NCBI RefSeq assembly: GCF_020745735.1
Contig: NW_026867470.1
Coordinates: 1-64,000, forward strand
Length of the DNA: 64,000 nucleotides
Direction: 5' to 3'
From: Hemiscyllium ocellatum
Lineage: Eukaryota
The notes below the pieces were generated by a model. It was not told the DNA's origin. It did not search any database and saw nothing but the letters and a program-made list of their open reading frames with translations. A program made the translations under genes and the position numbers. Shown here piece by piece: positions 12,540-25,780 of this stretch. Position 1 is the first letter of the stretch, and every line of letters starts with the position of its first letter.

Positions 12540-13610
12540 TACTGCTTGGTGTGTTTGGTTTCCCTTTAATGGTTGTGTATGTGGTTGAGTGCCTCTTACT
12601 TCACTCTTGCCCATGTTGGAGTCTGTGCATGAATAAACATATTCCTGTTCCTTTACTGCTAGTGTTCTCATGTGTTTGTGCACCGAAATTTTGGTCTTTT
12701 CACATTGTGTAAGCATCATTATGCGAATATGCCACTTCATTGTTGCCTATGCTTATCTTGAAATGTCTTTGTGAGTGTTCACTTTTCATTAGTGCTATCT
12801 AAAATGTGTGCTTATGTGTCTGTTTCAGGTCCTACCTAAACTAGGTTATTTTCATGTTATGCTTAATAAATGTTAGCATGCAACGTCATGTTTTGATGGA
12901 TGTTTATATTTATATGATGATGTCTGCTTGTGTGGCAATCTTTCCCAAACCATCTCCTGAGAAGCTTGTTTGTGTTAGTGTTTGTGGATGCTTGCTGATG
13001 CTTGTGCTCATTATCCTTATTTAATAAACGCCCCTCTATTTATTGATCTATGCACTTGTGTGTCTGCATGTGAGACTCGGAATTTGTGTGTACGTGTGAC
13101 ATTGTATACATGCTGATCAATGTGGTTTAAAAATAACTAATTAAGCTGCCTCTGTCATCGTATGTTTGTGATTCTGAAAATGGGAAAATAATTATATTAA
13201 TGTTTATCTCTGTGCACTTACGTGCCTGTATGAGTTGACATGTGGGAGGACATTTTTTGGAATTTGTATCTGTGTGTTCATGCGTGTATGTCTGTACGCA
13301 TTGTGCTGTATGAATGTATATGTATTCATGCCCATTTGTGTGTTACCGTGTGTCTATATTTCTCATGGTTATGTGTGAGTACCCTGATCATTTGTTCAAA
13401 TAATTTTCTTTTGGTGTATGTGAGTTTTTGTATGAGCTTAGGTGAGTGTTAAAGTACCACTTGCATGTGTGGCTCTGTGCGAGTATGCATGTGTGACATC
13501 TTATCTGTATGCACATTTGAGTGTGCACATCAATATGTGTCTTTAGGTGAGAGCCCATATATGTGTCATTCCGTGTGTATTTGCGATCATCTCTCTGTAT
13601 CTGTTCTTAT
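12540..13610. repeat. Degenerate TG-rich (CA-rich on coding strand) low-complexity tract
   Basis: Dense short TGTG/GTGT runs over about 1 kb. Confidence 0.7.
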
Positions 13611-14730
13611 ACCAGACTGCAATTTTTATTATTCTAATTTATTGTTCTAATTTTAATGGATTGCCTATAATTAGATTTGACCTTGGTGTTGTAGGAAACA
13701 TTTCCCATCGTCGTGAAGAGATAAGCGTTTTATGAGCAACTCTTCTGTTGCAGTGATAGAATTTCTGTCTCTGAGAGAAAAGGCGTGAGTTCAAATCCCC
13801 ACTGCCCCAGAGATAACATTTCTGAATATGTTTATTAGAAAATGTCTACTTGTGTTCTGTATGTGAAACAAAATGATATCAGGTATTCGAATACCAGAAT
13901 TGATCCCATGTGCTCCAGAAAACTGAGACAAAACTACAGAATTCAAACCGGGACAATGCAAACACCAGTTTTGGATTAGGGGAATCAATGTTAATCATTT
14001 GTTAACAGAGCCCAAGCATGTCCAACATGTTTCAAAGGTATTATTTTGCATGGAAATGTTAAATCTTTGGACAGTAAGCAAGAAGCTGACTGTTCCTGTT
14101 AGTAACGGGGTTACATTACAGAGGACATCTACCATGAAAACTCTGCACAGGGAGCAAGAGGACAGACCATTCATCGTTCCCCTCCCCTCTGCTCCACGAC
14201 AACTTATCTGTCGATTCTCTTTGGTGTGAAAGTGAAGCTACATTCTGTCAACTCATGCACTGGTGCAAGATCCCTGGCAGTTCCCCAGAAACAACGGTTA
14301 CATTCAAACTGTTCTGCACTCTTTACGATTGGTATGTTCCAATCAAATTTAATTTTAAAGTGTCTTAAATTTACATTTCCAATTGGTGCAATGTGGCAGT
14401 TTAAAACTGACATGAATTTTATAAGAATGTCCAATCAGGGGAATCAAGAACACCAAGTTCAAAACTCATGCTCTACCCTGGACATAAAATGGACATTGTC
14501 AGATTTTGTCACAGAGGGATTTAGGATGGATAAGGTACTTGGCGGAATCCTGCAATGAGTGAGCTTTACTCTGTCTCTGACCCAGGGTGTATCTGAGCAG
14601 AGAACATTAACTGCACAAGACACTTATCCTAGACCTGTTAATAACCCACTTTAACTACACAGATGGAATGTAAGTCAGAGTGAGAAACAACTCATTCAGT
14701 ATTTAACTCACAACTGGAGGAAAAAGAAAC

Positions 14731-14777
14731 TTTATTACTTCTGTTGAATTATTAAATGCAACTTTGAGATTTTTATT
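14731..14777 (-). terminator. Secretory poly(A) signals
   Basis: AATAAA at 14772-14777 overlaps the stop (CAA TAA AAA). A second AATAAA lies at 14731-14736. Confidence 0.65.
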
Positions 14778-15164
14778 GACATGAATTAACAGTGTCCATC
14801 AGTGCAAGTGAAATGTTTACGAAACTCGGTTTACCGCTGGATTTATCGACTGTTCTGTTGATGATCTTCAATGGAATCGCTTCATGTCCCACCACACAGG
14901 AGTAAGAAGCACCGCTGGCCCACTCCTCCGCTGTAATGGATAACAGGCTGTACATGAAGAAGGAAGTGTTGTCACTCTCTGCCATCACCTCGGTGTTCTT
15001 GTAGTTACTGGGATTCACCGGCTTGTCATTGTTTGTCCACTTGACGAAGATCTCTCGGGGGGAGAAACCTCTCACTAAACAGGTGAGGGAGAGAAACCTC
15101 TGAGCGGAGATTTCTTCTGTTGGTGGCAGGAGGACCGACACTGATGGCTCCAGCGGATTAATCA
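14773..15164 (-). CDS. IGHM: IgM Cmu4 exon plus secretory tailpiece
   Basis: ctgcag|TG ATT AAT. Encodes [15 protein letters not shown]...[17 protein letters not shown]...YSCVVGHEA...[24 protein letters not shown], with tailpiece NIS sequon and penultimate Cys. Internal membrane-form donor G|GTAAA at 14835/14834. Confidence 0.97.
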
Positions 15165-15611
15165 CTGCAGAATATTTGAGACAAATATAAATCAATCAAA
15201 AACATCCTGAACCAATATCACAATTTGACTCAATATTAAAATATGCCATTTTTAATTTGGGATTTATTCACTTTTGTTTTCTAAAAGAGTACACATTCTG
15301 TTCAGTAAAAAAAGTAAAGTTTAATGTGAAAGTTGCCTCCATGTTTCCAGCCCACAACAAGGGCATTCTGTCCAATTGTCATTGCTGATGGTGACATCAC
15401 AACCCAGGCTTCTTCCCACCTTATCTGATTTAATCAGAATACAATATCCTTTGGTCCATCTTTTTCTTAATCAGCTACTTAGTTATCCTGCCTTCAGATG
15501 CATCATAAATGCTCCCAACGGTGTTTGTTCATTACCAATCAAAGCCTGCCATTGATGTAACTGGATCTGGATTACACATGGGATGCTTTGTGTTTTAATC
15601 TCACCGCTCAC

Positions 15612-15920
15612 CTTTCTCCTTGTGGATGGAGTCTCTCAGCGGAGTCGGTAGATTTTGATGGTTCACCACACATTCAAAAGTAACACCACTCAGCCAGGCT
15701 TCAGTAGAAATGTCTAATTTGCTGATCACGCTGTCGGGATTCTGTCCAGGCTGGTCAGCAATCTCTGAGCTCAGAGGCTTCTTATCTTGTTTCCAGGTCA
15801 CGCTGACTCCAGGAAGAAAATTGGACACAACGCAGGTTAACGTCACCGTCGCTTCCAGTAAGACTTGTTCGATTGGCGGTGGGAGGATTTTAACGGTGTG
15901 AGGGTGGCACTCGGTATCTT
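15612..15920 (-). CDS. IGHM: IgM Cmu3 exon
   Basis: ttcatag|AA GAT...AAA G|gtgag, 309 nt, phase 1-1. C1-set domain [32 protein letters not shown]...W...FECVVNH. Confidence 0.96.
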
Positions 15921-17189
15921 CTATGAAACAAAAATCAAAGTCAATGAAAAATGCCCCTTTATGATACAAACACCTAATCTTCAGATTACTTCTTCACAGG
16001 GTGAAGACACCACCTTCAAAATGGCAACTCCAACCATTGCTGAAACAATGCTTACTCTTGTTGATGTATTTTGATTTGTGAAAGCATTTGTGATTACCTG
16101 TGACATACCCTGTGTAATTATTCCAAAAGAACACTGGCTTTGTAACAAGTGAAAGCTGTGAAAAAAGTAAAATCATCGAAGATACCATTATGTAACCCAT
16201 GGAATTACCTTTCTTTCAGAGTTTGTCTCTCACTTAAGACCATCTATAGATACTTGTGACAAGAGTAATCTGAATATAATGAGTTCATTTCCATGTTCAT
16301 AACCCTTAGGTGCAAGTGCTGCTGGTCACGCTGACTGCCAAATCACATCCCAAATTTTGGACAAATTATAAGAAATAATAATTATTCTCTTTGCAGAGTT
16401 CTAAAGTGCTACAGGAGCAGTGAATATCCATGGAAATTCTGTTCATTGTATTTAACGTGATCAAAAATACTTTGCGTTATTGGTGTGATGTCATTCTCTA
16501 ATTTATGTCATTGTTCCTCGTGGGCTGAGTTTGGAGTAGATCTGAAAACAAGGCACTGAGTACAGCATTGGATATCGAGAAGGACACCCATCTCCTTAAG
16601 TCTTTCCCTCCATTCAGTTAGTTCATGACTGGTCTGTACTTTCACTTTATTTACCAAGCTGCATTTTTTAATTTCTTCATAGAGCAGGGGAGAAAAAAAA
16701 CCAAACAAAAGTCTTAAATTAATCTACAAACGTGTTGGAAATGTGCACTAATTTTATAGACATCCACTACCCACTGTGTAAACATCGCCACCCCAAACCA
16801 GGCTAAATCAGCCTGTCTCGAGTTCCTCGTTCATTCATCCCTATTGTAGCATTCTTACCAGAATTTATTCTCCTGCCTCATCCACTAATTACAGAGAGCA
16901 TCTTAAAGAGGCTCAGTGGGATCACGTTTATCCCAGTTCATCAAATGTGATACCCACTTGGTCTGTGGTCTGATCCCATAAATGAAATTAAAGAGCTCAG
17001 TACCAGATAAAAATCGATGTCGTACAATGTCCAAGGCCAACAGGTCATTCCTGAGCAGGGAGTGAAGCATTGAACGCATTTTGATTTATTTTCAAGTTAG
17101 GGTCACTGCATATTTTAACCACGTCATTTTGAGAGCACAACATCATAAGATAGAGGATCAGAATAAGGCTGTTCGGCCAATCCAGAGTT

Positions 17190-17270
17190 TAGATCAGAAT
17201 GATGCTGGAAAAGCACAGCAGGTCAGGCAGCATCCGACGAGCAGGAAAATCGACATTTGGGCTCAAGCCA
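17190..17270 (-). mobile_element. Short PLE terminal remnant
   Basis: GCTGGAAAAGCACAGCAGGTCAGGCAGCATCC block shared with the other PLE termini. Confidence 0.7.
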
Positions 17271-17880
17271 TTCTATGGTCTTCTCCCCACAATAAACAAG
17301 AACCGATCCATCTCTGGCTTGAATATACACAGCCCTCTGCAGCAACAAGTTCCACAGATTCATCACCCTCTGGCTGAAGAAATTCCTCCCCATCTCAGTT
17401 CTAAACAGTGCCCCTTTGACCCTGAGACTGTGCCCTTGGATCCTAGTCTCGCCTACCAGTCAAAACATCTATTTACATTCACTCGACCTCAGTCTCTCAG
17501 TATTTTCTATGTTTCAATTAGATATCTCTCCAATATCCCCCTCCACCCCCAAACTTATCCTTGAAGCCACTACCAGGCAAGGATTCAGCACTCTGAATGC
17601 CTCTCCCAGCATGGTCAGGCAACAAACTATTTAACAAACTATTTAACAAAGCTCACTGTCTATATATCTACCTTCAACAGAGAGGAAACATGCTTTTCTG
17701 ACTTGCCAAAATGTTGAATTATGAGCAATGCTAATGTAACATTCAAACTGAAATGAGATACGTGACATGCTGGGAAATGAGAAGCTGTACCGTGCTGTTT
17801 ACTACGCCTGATAAATTAGTGTGTTTGATTCACATCAGAGTTCAGAGTGATTTGTAGCTCTCCCAGTATGTGTCTCTTAC

Positions 17881-18192
17881 CCTGGAGTGCGGTGATGTTT
17901 TTACTTTGAATGTTCTCTTCGTGAGTGACCTGGCAGGTATAGACTGCGCTGTTGTACCATTCACCATAAGGGACCATCAGCCGACTCGTCACCGAGAAGT
18001 TCCCGTTCGCCTCACACACGGGAGACGTGATGAAGCCGGAATCCAAGCGTCGGCCATTTTTCAACCAAGTCACGTTGATTGCCTTCGGATGGAAATCGAT
18101 GATTGAACAAACGACAGTTGCAAACTTGCTGCTTGCGATTTCTTCACTGGAGCTCACAGTTAGGAGAAGAGTTGGTGGGAGAGGACCTGTAC
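17881..18192 (-). CDS. IGHM: IgM Cmu2 exon
   Basis: cctaaag|GT ACA...CAG G|gtaag, 312 nt. Encodes [15 protein letters not shown]...[19 protein letters not shown]...YTCQVTH. Confidence 0.96.
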
Positions 18193-18269
18193 CTTTAGGA
18201 AACACATCGCATAAATTATCTGATGAATTTCATAACAAATACAATCAGTTCTCATATATCAAGGTTTCT

Positions 18270-21200
18270 TGTGATTAATGGATACAAGAATCATAATTGT
18301 GCAGAGTGCTGGAGAAGCTGGGATCCACACAGAAAGATCATCAGGACAATGTGAAAGGCTAAAATTATAGGACACAGCAAGGGAGTCAAGGAGGCATAGA
18401 AACTATAGGCCAGTAACATCAGAAGGGAGATAGCAACATTGGATGGTATTCGTTTTAATGACAGAGTCTGATGATCAAGGCAGATGAATTACCGGCATAA
18501 ATGAGGAAATGATGCTGTTGCTATCACGGAGACATATTGAGAGCGGGGCAGGAGTGGCTATTCAATTTTCCAGGATTTAGTGCCTTCAGGCGAGACAGGG
18601 AAAGATGGAAAAGGATGGGGGCAGGGTTTGCGGCACGGAATGTTGCTTCTGTCACAATTCTGACAAGAGTATTTTAGGCTGTAAAGAGAAATGAAATCAT
18701 AGATACCTCCTCGAACAAAGGCAAATGGACAGTACTTCAAAACCAAAATACAGCAAACATAACTACTGGGAGAGCACGATAGGCCTTACTATAGATCCAA
18801 AAGACCAAGTGCAAATACATGGATAAATTTCAGAGATATGTAAATTAAATAGGGGAATGAGAAAAGAGGTTTTTAACTTCCTCAGCATAGGCTTGGATAT
18901 TCATTTTGTCTAACGTTTAGAGGGAGCACAATTCTGAAAATGCCCCCAGGAGAATATTTAAACAAAGTATGTGTTAATACAGAGAATTTTAATCCAGACC
19001 TTGCAAGAGAGGGGTGAACCTGAACTTAACTTTTGGGAATGAAGTCGACCCAGTGGGTAAAACATCAATGGTGGTGCACTTTGCAGACAGTGATCGTAAA
19101 TCAGTTGGATTTCAGATTGTACTGCAAAGGAATAGAAATTGGCCCAAAGTTCTGAAAAGGGGAAGGACAATTTTAGTAAGATCAGGTAATGACTTAACCA
19201 GAGTGGACTGGAAGCTGACACTTATTGGTAAATCTGAGTCAGAGCAGTGTGAAACATTTAAGAAAGAGACAGGAAAATCATAGGGAGGACATTTCCCAGG
19301 AAGCCACTGAATGGGACCAAGAATGTAACGTGCTCTGGATACCAAAGGGCATGGAGGGTGAGATAAGGAGAAACAAGGGAGGCTTCCTGTCTATACTGGA
19401 ATCTCAAAACAATAGAAATTAGTATGGAGTACAGAACGCGCAAGGGGGAGTTTGAAAGACAAAGGAATTAGAAGAGCAAAAGGGACCATGAGAAAATAAT
19501 AGGAGTCAAAATAAAGGAAAATATTTTTAAAAGTTACAGGCTCATTCATAATAAAAGAATTATTCGGGAAACAGTAATGCCCATTAAGTGTTATTATTGG
19601 AGTGGAGCCGGAGGATTAGGTTGTGGTCAAAACGAATGTGTTGTGTCAGTGTTCACTAGTAAGAGGGACAATGTGGGGACAGAAATCATGGAGCGGGGTT
19701 GTGATGTACTTTCAGAAATTAGGGCACATGACGTAATGTTCTGTGTTGTCTTGCTAAATGAAAAGTGGTTATATTTCCAGGGCAGATGAAAAGTATACCA
19801 AGCGGTTGAGCGATGCAAAGGACGAAATAGTTGGGTCGCTAACAATAATTTAGAATTACTGTCTGGCCACAGCAGTTGTGCCAAGTGAGTGTAGATCAGC
19901 CAACGTTGCACTGTTACGCAGGACAAAGGAAGGGATAAATAATGAAAACACAGATCTGTCAAGCTAGTCTCAGTGGTAGGGAAACTATTGAAAAGTGAAA
20001 TTAGTCTTCATTTGGAAGATAAATCAACAATTTTCAGCATAGTTTTATTGAGAGAAAGTCATGTGTAACAATTTGATAGTAGTTTTCAGAGAGATAACTC
20101 GATGTCCAGATGATAGCAATAATCAGAGCCAATGGGATCCGAGTTAATTTGACAGATTGGATCGAGAACTGGCTGAGTGATGGGAGCAGGGGATAATAGT
20201 CATCGGGTGTCTGGGTGACTGGGAATCTATGTCTCCTGGTGTTCTGTAGGGATTGGGGTTGATTTCCACGTTATTTCTCTTACATACCAATGATTGAGAC
20301 TCAAATTTAGGAGAATTAACCAGTGAATTCACAGATGAAATGAAAACTGTCATGTTGGTAAGTCATGAGCATTATGGCTTTAGATTGCAGGAGGATAGAA
20401 AAGGGTTGGTTGTATGTGAAGAGAAGTTGCAAATGGAAATTATTCTGGATAAATGTAAGGTAATGTAATTCGGCAGAAGAATCTGTGAGGTATGACATTT
20501 TGAATGGTGGAACCCTGGAAAGGCCTGAGGATCTTTGGTGCATGTACCCACCGATCCCCTATAGTACTGTGTCGTCTGGATAAAGAGACTAAGGAGGTGG
20601 GAGGATATTTGCTTTTATTAGCCTAGACATTGACAATGAAGAATCGGGAGATGATACTGGAACTGGATAGAACACTGGTTAGGCCATACTGAAGCGTTGT
20701 GTGCATGTTATCGAAGGAATGTGATTACACTGAAGGCAGTATTGATGAGATTTGCCAGGATCTTGCCTGGGTTGGAGGGTTTTAGTTATGAAACTAGATG
20801 AGATAGACAGGAGTTTTCCTTGGAGCAGAGGAGAATGAGGGAGAAGATTATCATGATGTCTAGAATTATTTTAGGCATAGACTGGGTAAACTGGATGAAA
20901 CCTTTCCCCTTGATGGAGAGATCAATGCCTCAGGGGCACAGGGTGAAGGTAAGGCCAGGAGGTTCCAAGTGGATCTCAGGGGAAAACAAAATCAAACAGA
21001 GGGTGGTGTTAGCCTGGAGCTCAGCACCTATAAGTCATGTAGAGACTGAGCCCCTCATAATAAGTATGAAGTATTGAGATGCATCCTTGCAAGGGCAAGT
21101 CACACAAGGCAATGGATCATGTGCTGGCACATGAGACTGGAATAGTTAGGTGGCTGTTATTGATAGGCGTAAACTGGATGGATCAAAGGGCCTTTTTCCT
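18270..21200 (+). mobile_element. Decayed CR1-type LINE filling most of the Cmu1-Cmu2 intron
   Basis: Endonuclease-like, RT-like and 3'-like CR1 sequence with many stops. Confidence 0.7.
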
Positions 21201-21297
21201 GTACTGTATAAGGTGATTCTGTGAAAATGGTTATAAATAATGCCTTATTCATATTAATGCCAGATGCTCTGTTTATCTCAGTTCCCACAATACGTAC

Positions 21298-21606
21298 CTG
21301 GACATGGCATTTCTTTGCTCTTGTGTGACCCGCTGTGTTGAACCTCACAGTAGATTTTGCTGGGGCAATCTACCGCTGACCCGGGCAGGGTTAACTGGCT
21401 GCTCAGGGTGTAGGTTCCCTTCTTGTTTCTCACTGATGGGTAAGTCTTCAATCCACCATTCGTGATTAGCACCCCACCTTTCTTCCAGGTTACCTTGGTG
21501 ACGTCAGGGGAATAGTCCATCACCAAACAACCAAAGATTGTCGAACCGGTGCTGTGCTCCTCACAGGAGGAGACCAGGCCATAAAGCGTAGGGGGAGATG
21601 GTGTCT
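21298..21606 (-). CDS. IGHM: IgM Cmu1 exon
   Basis: ttgtag|AG ACA CCA...CCA G|gtacg, 309 nt. Encodes [41 protein letters not shown]...[20 protein letters not shown]. Confidence 0.96.
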
Positions 21607-21929
21607 CTACAATAGAATGACCAATTGAGCATGTTAGTTTCTGTTAATTTGACCTTATCAGTTACTCAAATGTATCCTCAGCTGTAACCGTTTGCCAGTA
21701 TGCTCCCGCTGAAGTCTACAGCATAACTGGAGTTTATTTTTGTTTCCTACCAGTTGCTGATCATGATCATTGGTTCCATCTTGAGAAACATGCCCTCGAC
21801 CTTGACCATTGCCATATAATTTAGGAAGAAGAACATCCTGATCCCACCCCAGTAACTGTTTGAAGATCTCACCAATTGACACTTTCATTGGATTGCTGTG
21901 AAGAGCAGAGAAGTTTCACAAAATACAAA

Positions 21930-22270
21930 CCAAGGAAATGCAGGTTCATTGAAATTCTCCAGTGTGTGCAAACAGGCCATTTGGCCCAACAAGTCCACAC
22001 CCACCCTCTGAAAAGAAACGCATCCAGACCCATTCCTCTACCCTATTATGCTACGGTTAACCCTGACTAATGCATCTAACCTCCCAATCACTGAACACAA
22101 CATTCGCAATTTCCCCAGCTTGTACAGATTTGGACTGTGGGAGGAAATGCACACAGATATGGGGAGAAAGTGCCAACTCCACACAGACAGTTACCCGAGG
22201 CTGGAATGGAACCAGAGTCCCTAGCACTGTGAGGCAGCAGCGCTAACCATGGAACCAGCGTGCCGCCCCA
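21930..22270 (-). mobile_element. tRNA-derived V/HE1-type SINE
   Basis: Reverse complement of the GGCGGCACG...TGGTTAGCGCTGCTGCCTCACAG head also seen at 47851. Confidence 0.8.
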
Positions 22271-23119
22271 CTAGGTACCGTGCTGCTGGAAATACCCAAC
22301 AGCTGGCAGTACCCCTGGAGAGAAATCAGAGTGAATCATAGAACATAGAACATCACAGTGCAGTGCAGGCCCTTCGGCCCTCGATGTTGCGCTGCCCTGA
22401 CATACTAATATGAAGCCCATCCCACCTACACTATTCCATGTACATGCATAGGCCTGTCCAATGACAACTTAAATGTACTTAAACTTGGCGAATCTACCAC
22501 CATTGCAGGCAAAGCACTCCATACCCTTACTACTCAATGAGCAAAGAAACTACCTCTGCTATCTGTCTTATACCTATCTCTCCTCACTTTAAAGTTGTGT
22601 CCCCTCGTGTTTGCCATCCCCATACTTGGAAATCAGGTCCAGTGAGCCTTCCTCACTTCTCAATGCAAGACAAAATGTTCTCTCTGGGAGGAAGGTCACT
22701 GCAGCAGCAGCAGCAGCAGCACAGGCAGGAGCTGAGCACTGGGACGGGGAGGATGGCTGTCACGGCTGAACTCAGGCCAATTGTCTGGTAGTTGAAACAT
22801 CTAATTTACAATGATCTGAATTCTGGAGGCCTCTGAAAAATGGAGGACCATTAAAGTTCAGAGACTTTGGAGTGTTACAGCTAAGTATTTATGTAAATAT
22901 GATTTGAGAAATGAACAAGTAATCTTTAACTTTAATAACTATCAAACTGATACGCAGTTCACCACCAAACCTCATCTCTCAGACTAACCACTGCACTTAC
23001 TCTGCCTAGACCTAAATTTCCACTCACATTGACAAACCCCACCCTGCTATACACCCATTCATGCCCGGAACACACAACCCCCTATCACACAAAACACATC
23101 CAAGGCAATCCATATTGAC

Positions 23120-23780
23120 AGTGTAGCTGAGCAGAGAGATCTCGGTGCCCATGTACACAGATCCCTAAAAGTTGCCAGCCAGTTTGATAGAGTTGTTAAG
23201 AAGGCATACTTTGTGCTGGCTTTCATCGATAGAGGGACTGGGTTTCAGAACCACGAGGTTAGGTTGCAGCTGTACAAAACTCTGGTGTGGCTGCACTTGG
23301 AGTATTGTGTACTGTTCTGGTCGCCACATTATAGAGAGAATGTGGAAGCTTTGGAAGAGTTCAGAGGAGGTTTACCAGGATGCTGTTTGGTATGGCGGGA
23401 AGGTTTAATGAGGAAAGGATGAGGGTCTTGAGGCTGTTTTTGTTTGAGAGAAGAAGGTTGACTTAATTGAGACATAAAAGATAAACAGAGGGTGGACAGT
23501 GAAAGTCTTTTTCCTTGAATAGTGATGGCTAGCAGGAGAGGACATAGATGACAGATGTCAGAGGTTGTTTCTTAACTCAGAGAGTAGTAGGGGCATGGAA
23601 CGCACTGCCTGCAACAATAGTACACTCGCCCACTTTAAGGGCATTTAAAAGGTCATTGGATAAACATATGGATGAAAATGGAATAGTGTAGGATAGATAG
23701 GCTTCAGATTTTTACACTGACCTGTGGAACCATCGAGGGCTGAAGGGCCTGTACTGCACAGTAATGTTCTATATTCTATA
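23120..23780 (+). mobile_element. CR1 3' fragment
   Basis: ORF 23213 QLYKTLVWLHLEYCVLFWSPHYR and TTCTAT tail. Confidence 0.85.
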
Positions 23781-25275
23781 TTCCAGATGGACATATGATC
23801 TCAATTCCTTTCAGTCATTTACACTCCTGCCACCCTGTACCTGGTCCATGGTGAACCTGGCCCTGACTGGACCTGACACCATCATTTCCACAACCTCTGA
23901 CAAAAGCCCACTACCCAAGACATGACCTCAGCCCTTGATCACTGACCTCTCATCTTACCCAAGACAACCTGTGCACATTGCATCCTAGCTCCTTTGGCAT
24001 CTGTGCTTTACAACCTACCATTTTGCCAGACTCTGAGCTTTGCATTTTGACAACACGTCCACCTGTCACTTCATTACAGTGACCTTCCACCCCCTGAAAC
24101 ATCCTGGCACCCTGCCCATCTCTACACTAACCAGCCTGGCATCCTGCCCACCTCTCCATAAACCAGCCTGGCAAAGACAGACCTCCTGCATTTCAGCTCA
24201 AACTACCCCTCACCTACCAAGCACAATTCGACCAAATTATCCTGTGACCATTACCATTTCCCTTGATGCCACCTTGCCAGACAGAGTGCACGCAAGCTTA
24301 CCCAGCAGCCAGCCTACCAGCCCAAACTCTCCCACATGCCCAATCTAGCCCCTCACTTGCTCACCACCTTCCAACTTTGAGCCTATCCACCATAAAGTCA
24401 GTGAGACATAAAGTCGTAGAGCACCGAAACAGTTCCCTTGGTCCAGCCCATCCATGCTGACCAGAGTTCCCAAATTAAACTCATTCCACTTGCCTGCCTT
24501 TGGCCCATATCCATCCAGACCTATCCAGTTCCTGTAGCTGTTCAAATGGCTTCTCAATGTGGGACCTAGCTCTGCATTTACCACTTCCTCTGGCAGCTCA
24601 TTCCAATGTTTTGGACAATTACAACATGAAGCCCTAACTCCTGCACTCAGTGCTCTGACCAATGAAGGTATGTGCGCCAAACACCTTCAACACACGAGGT
24701 ACTTGAGACAACGCTTTCAAGAATCTATGAGTCTTGAATCTATGAATTTCTGTGGTGGAGAATTCCAAACGAATTCACCATTCTTGTGTTGAACAGTAAA
24801 CAATCAGGTTCAATGTTATCAGTGTGTTGGGAAGATTGATGAGCAGCAAGATTAATGATGATCCCATGAATGGAATAGCCTTCTAGAGAGGCCGAGATGC
24901 CTTCTTCAGCTTCCATTTTGCATGCTGACATGTCCCTTCGGCAGCATATTCCAAAATTGTGATCCTTGAGGATAAGGGCACACATGCATGTGAAGCTTTC
25001 CTCCATATCAGACTTCAACTTAACTCTCAACTATTTCCCTGCCCGTTTCCTCTTCCTCAATCACAGCCATGGGACTCACTTCCTAACAGCGCTGTGAATA
25101 TGCTAATACCATACAAACTTCAGCAATTCAAATAGACTGATGACAACTGGTTTCTCAAGGCGATATAAAAAGTCTGACACTTCCACACCTGTCTCGAGAT
25201 TCAAACAACCACTAGAAGAATTGAAAATTATTTGAGGCACTTGTGTGTCTACACAAGATGACATGATTTCCTTTT

Positions 25276-25479
25276 TTTAAAAATCACACAACACCAAGTT
25301 ATAGTCCAACAGGTTTAATTGGAAGAAAACTAGCTTTCGGAGTGACGCTCCACTATCACCTGATAAAGGAGCGTCACTCCAAAAGCTAGTGTGCTTCCAA
25401 TTAAACCTGTTGGACTATAACCTGGGGTTGTGTGATTTTTAACTTTGTACACCCCAGTCCAACACCAGCATCTCCAAAT
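25276..25479. mobile_element. Fold-back PLE mini-insertion, family B
   Basis: Roughly 73-bp inverted arms spanning 25279-25440 around a decayed hammerhead core. TSD CATG(A/G)TTTCCTTTT at 25262-25275 and 25480-25493. Confidence 0.8.
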
Positions 25480-25578
25480 CATGGTTTCCTTTTGAGTGAT
25501 TTGACTGTGTTTTCACTGAATGAACAGAGCTATTTCTTAATCATATAATAGGAATGAAGCTTCCCTCATTTTTAGCAA

Positions 25579-25780
25579 CTGCTGAAAATGTATTGCTGGA
25601 AAAGCGCAGCAGGTCAGGCAGCATCCAAGGAGCAGGCAGCATCCAAGGAGCCCTTCCTGAAGAAGGGCTCATGCCCGACACGTCGATTCTCCTGCTCCTT
25701 GGATGCTGCCTGACCTGCTGTGCTTTTCCAGCAACACATTTTCAGCTCTGATCTCCAGCATCTGCAGTCCTCACTTTCTC
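25579..25780 (+). mobile_element. Fold-back PLE mini-insertion, family A
   Basis: Inverted arms around CTGAAGAAGGGCTCATGCCCGACACGTC. Exact TSD CCTCATTTTTAGCAA at 25564-25578 and 25780-25794. Confidence 0.85.

Noticed and set aside
22702-22719. (CAG)6 in the J-C intron as an AID hotspot cluster
   Set aside because: Too short to distinguish from an ordinary microsatellite.
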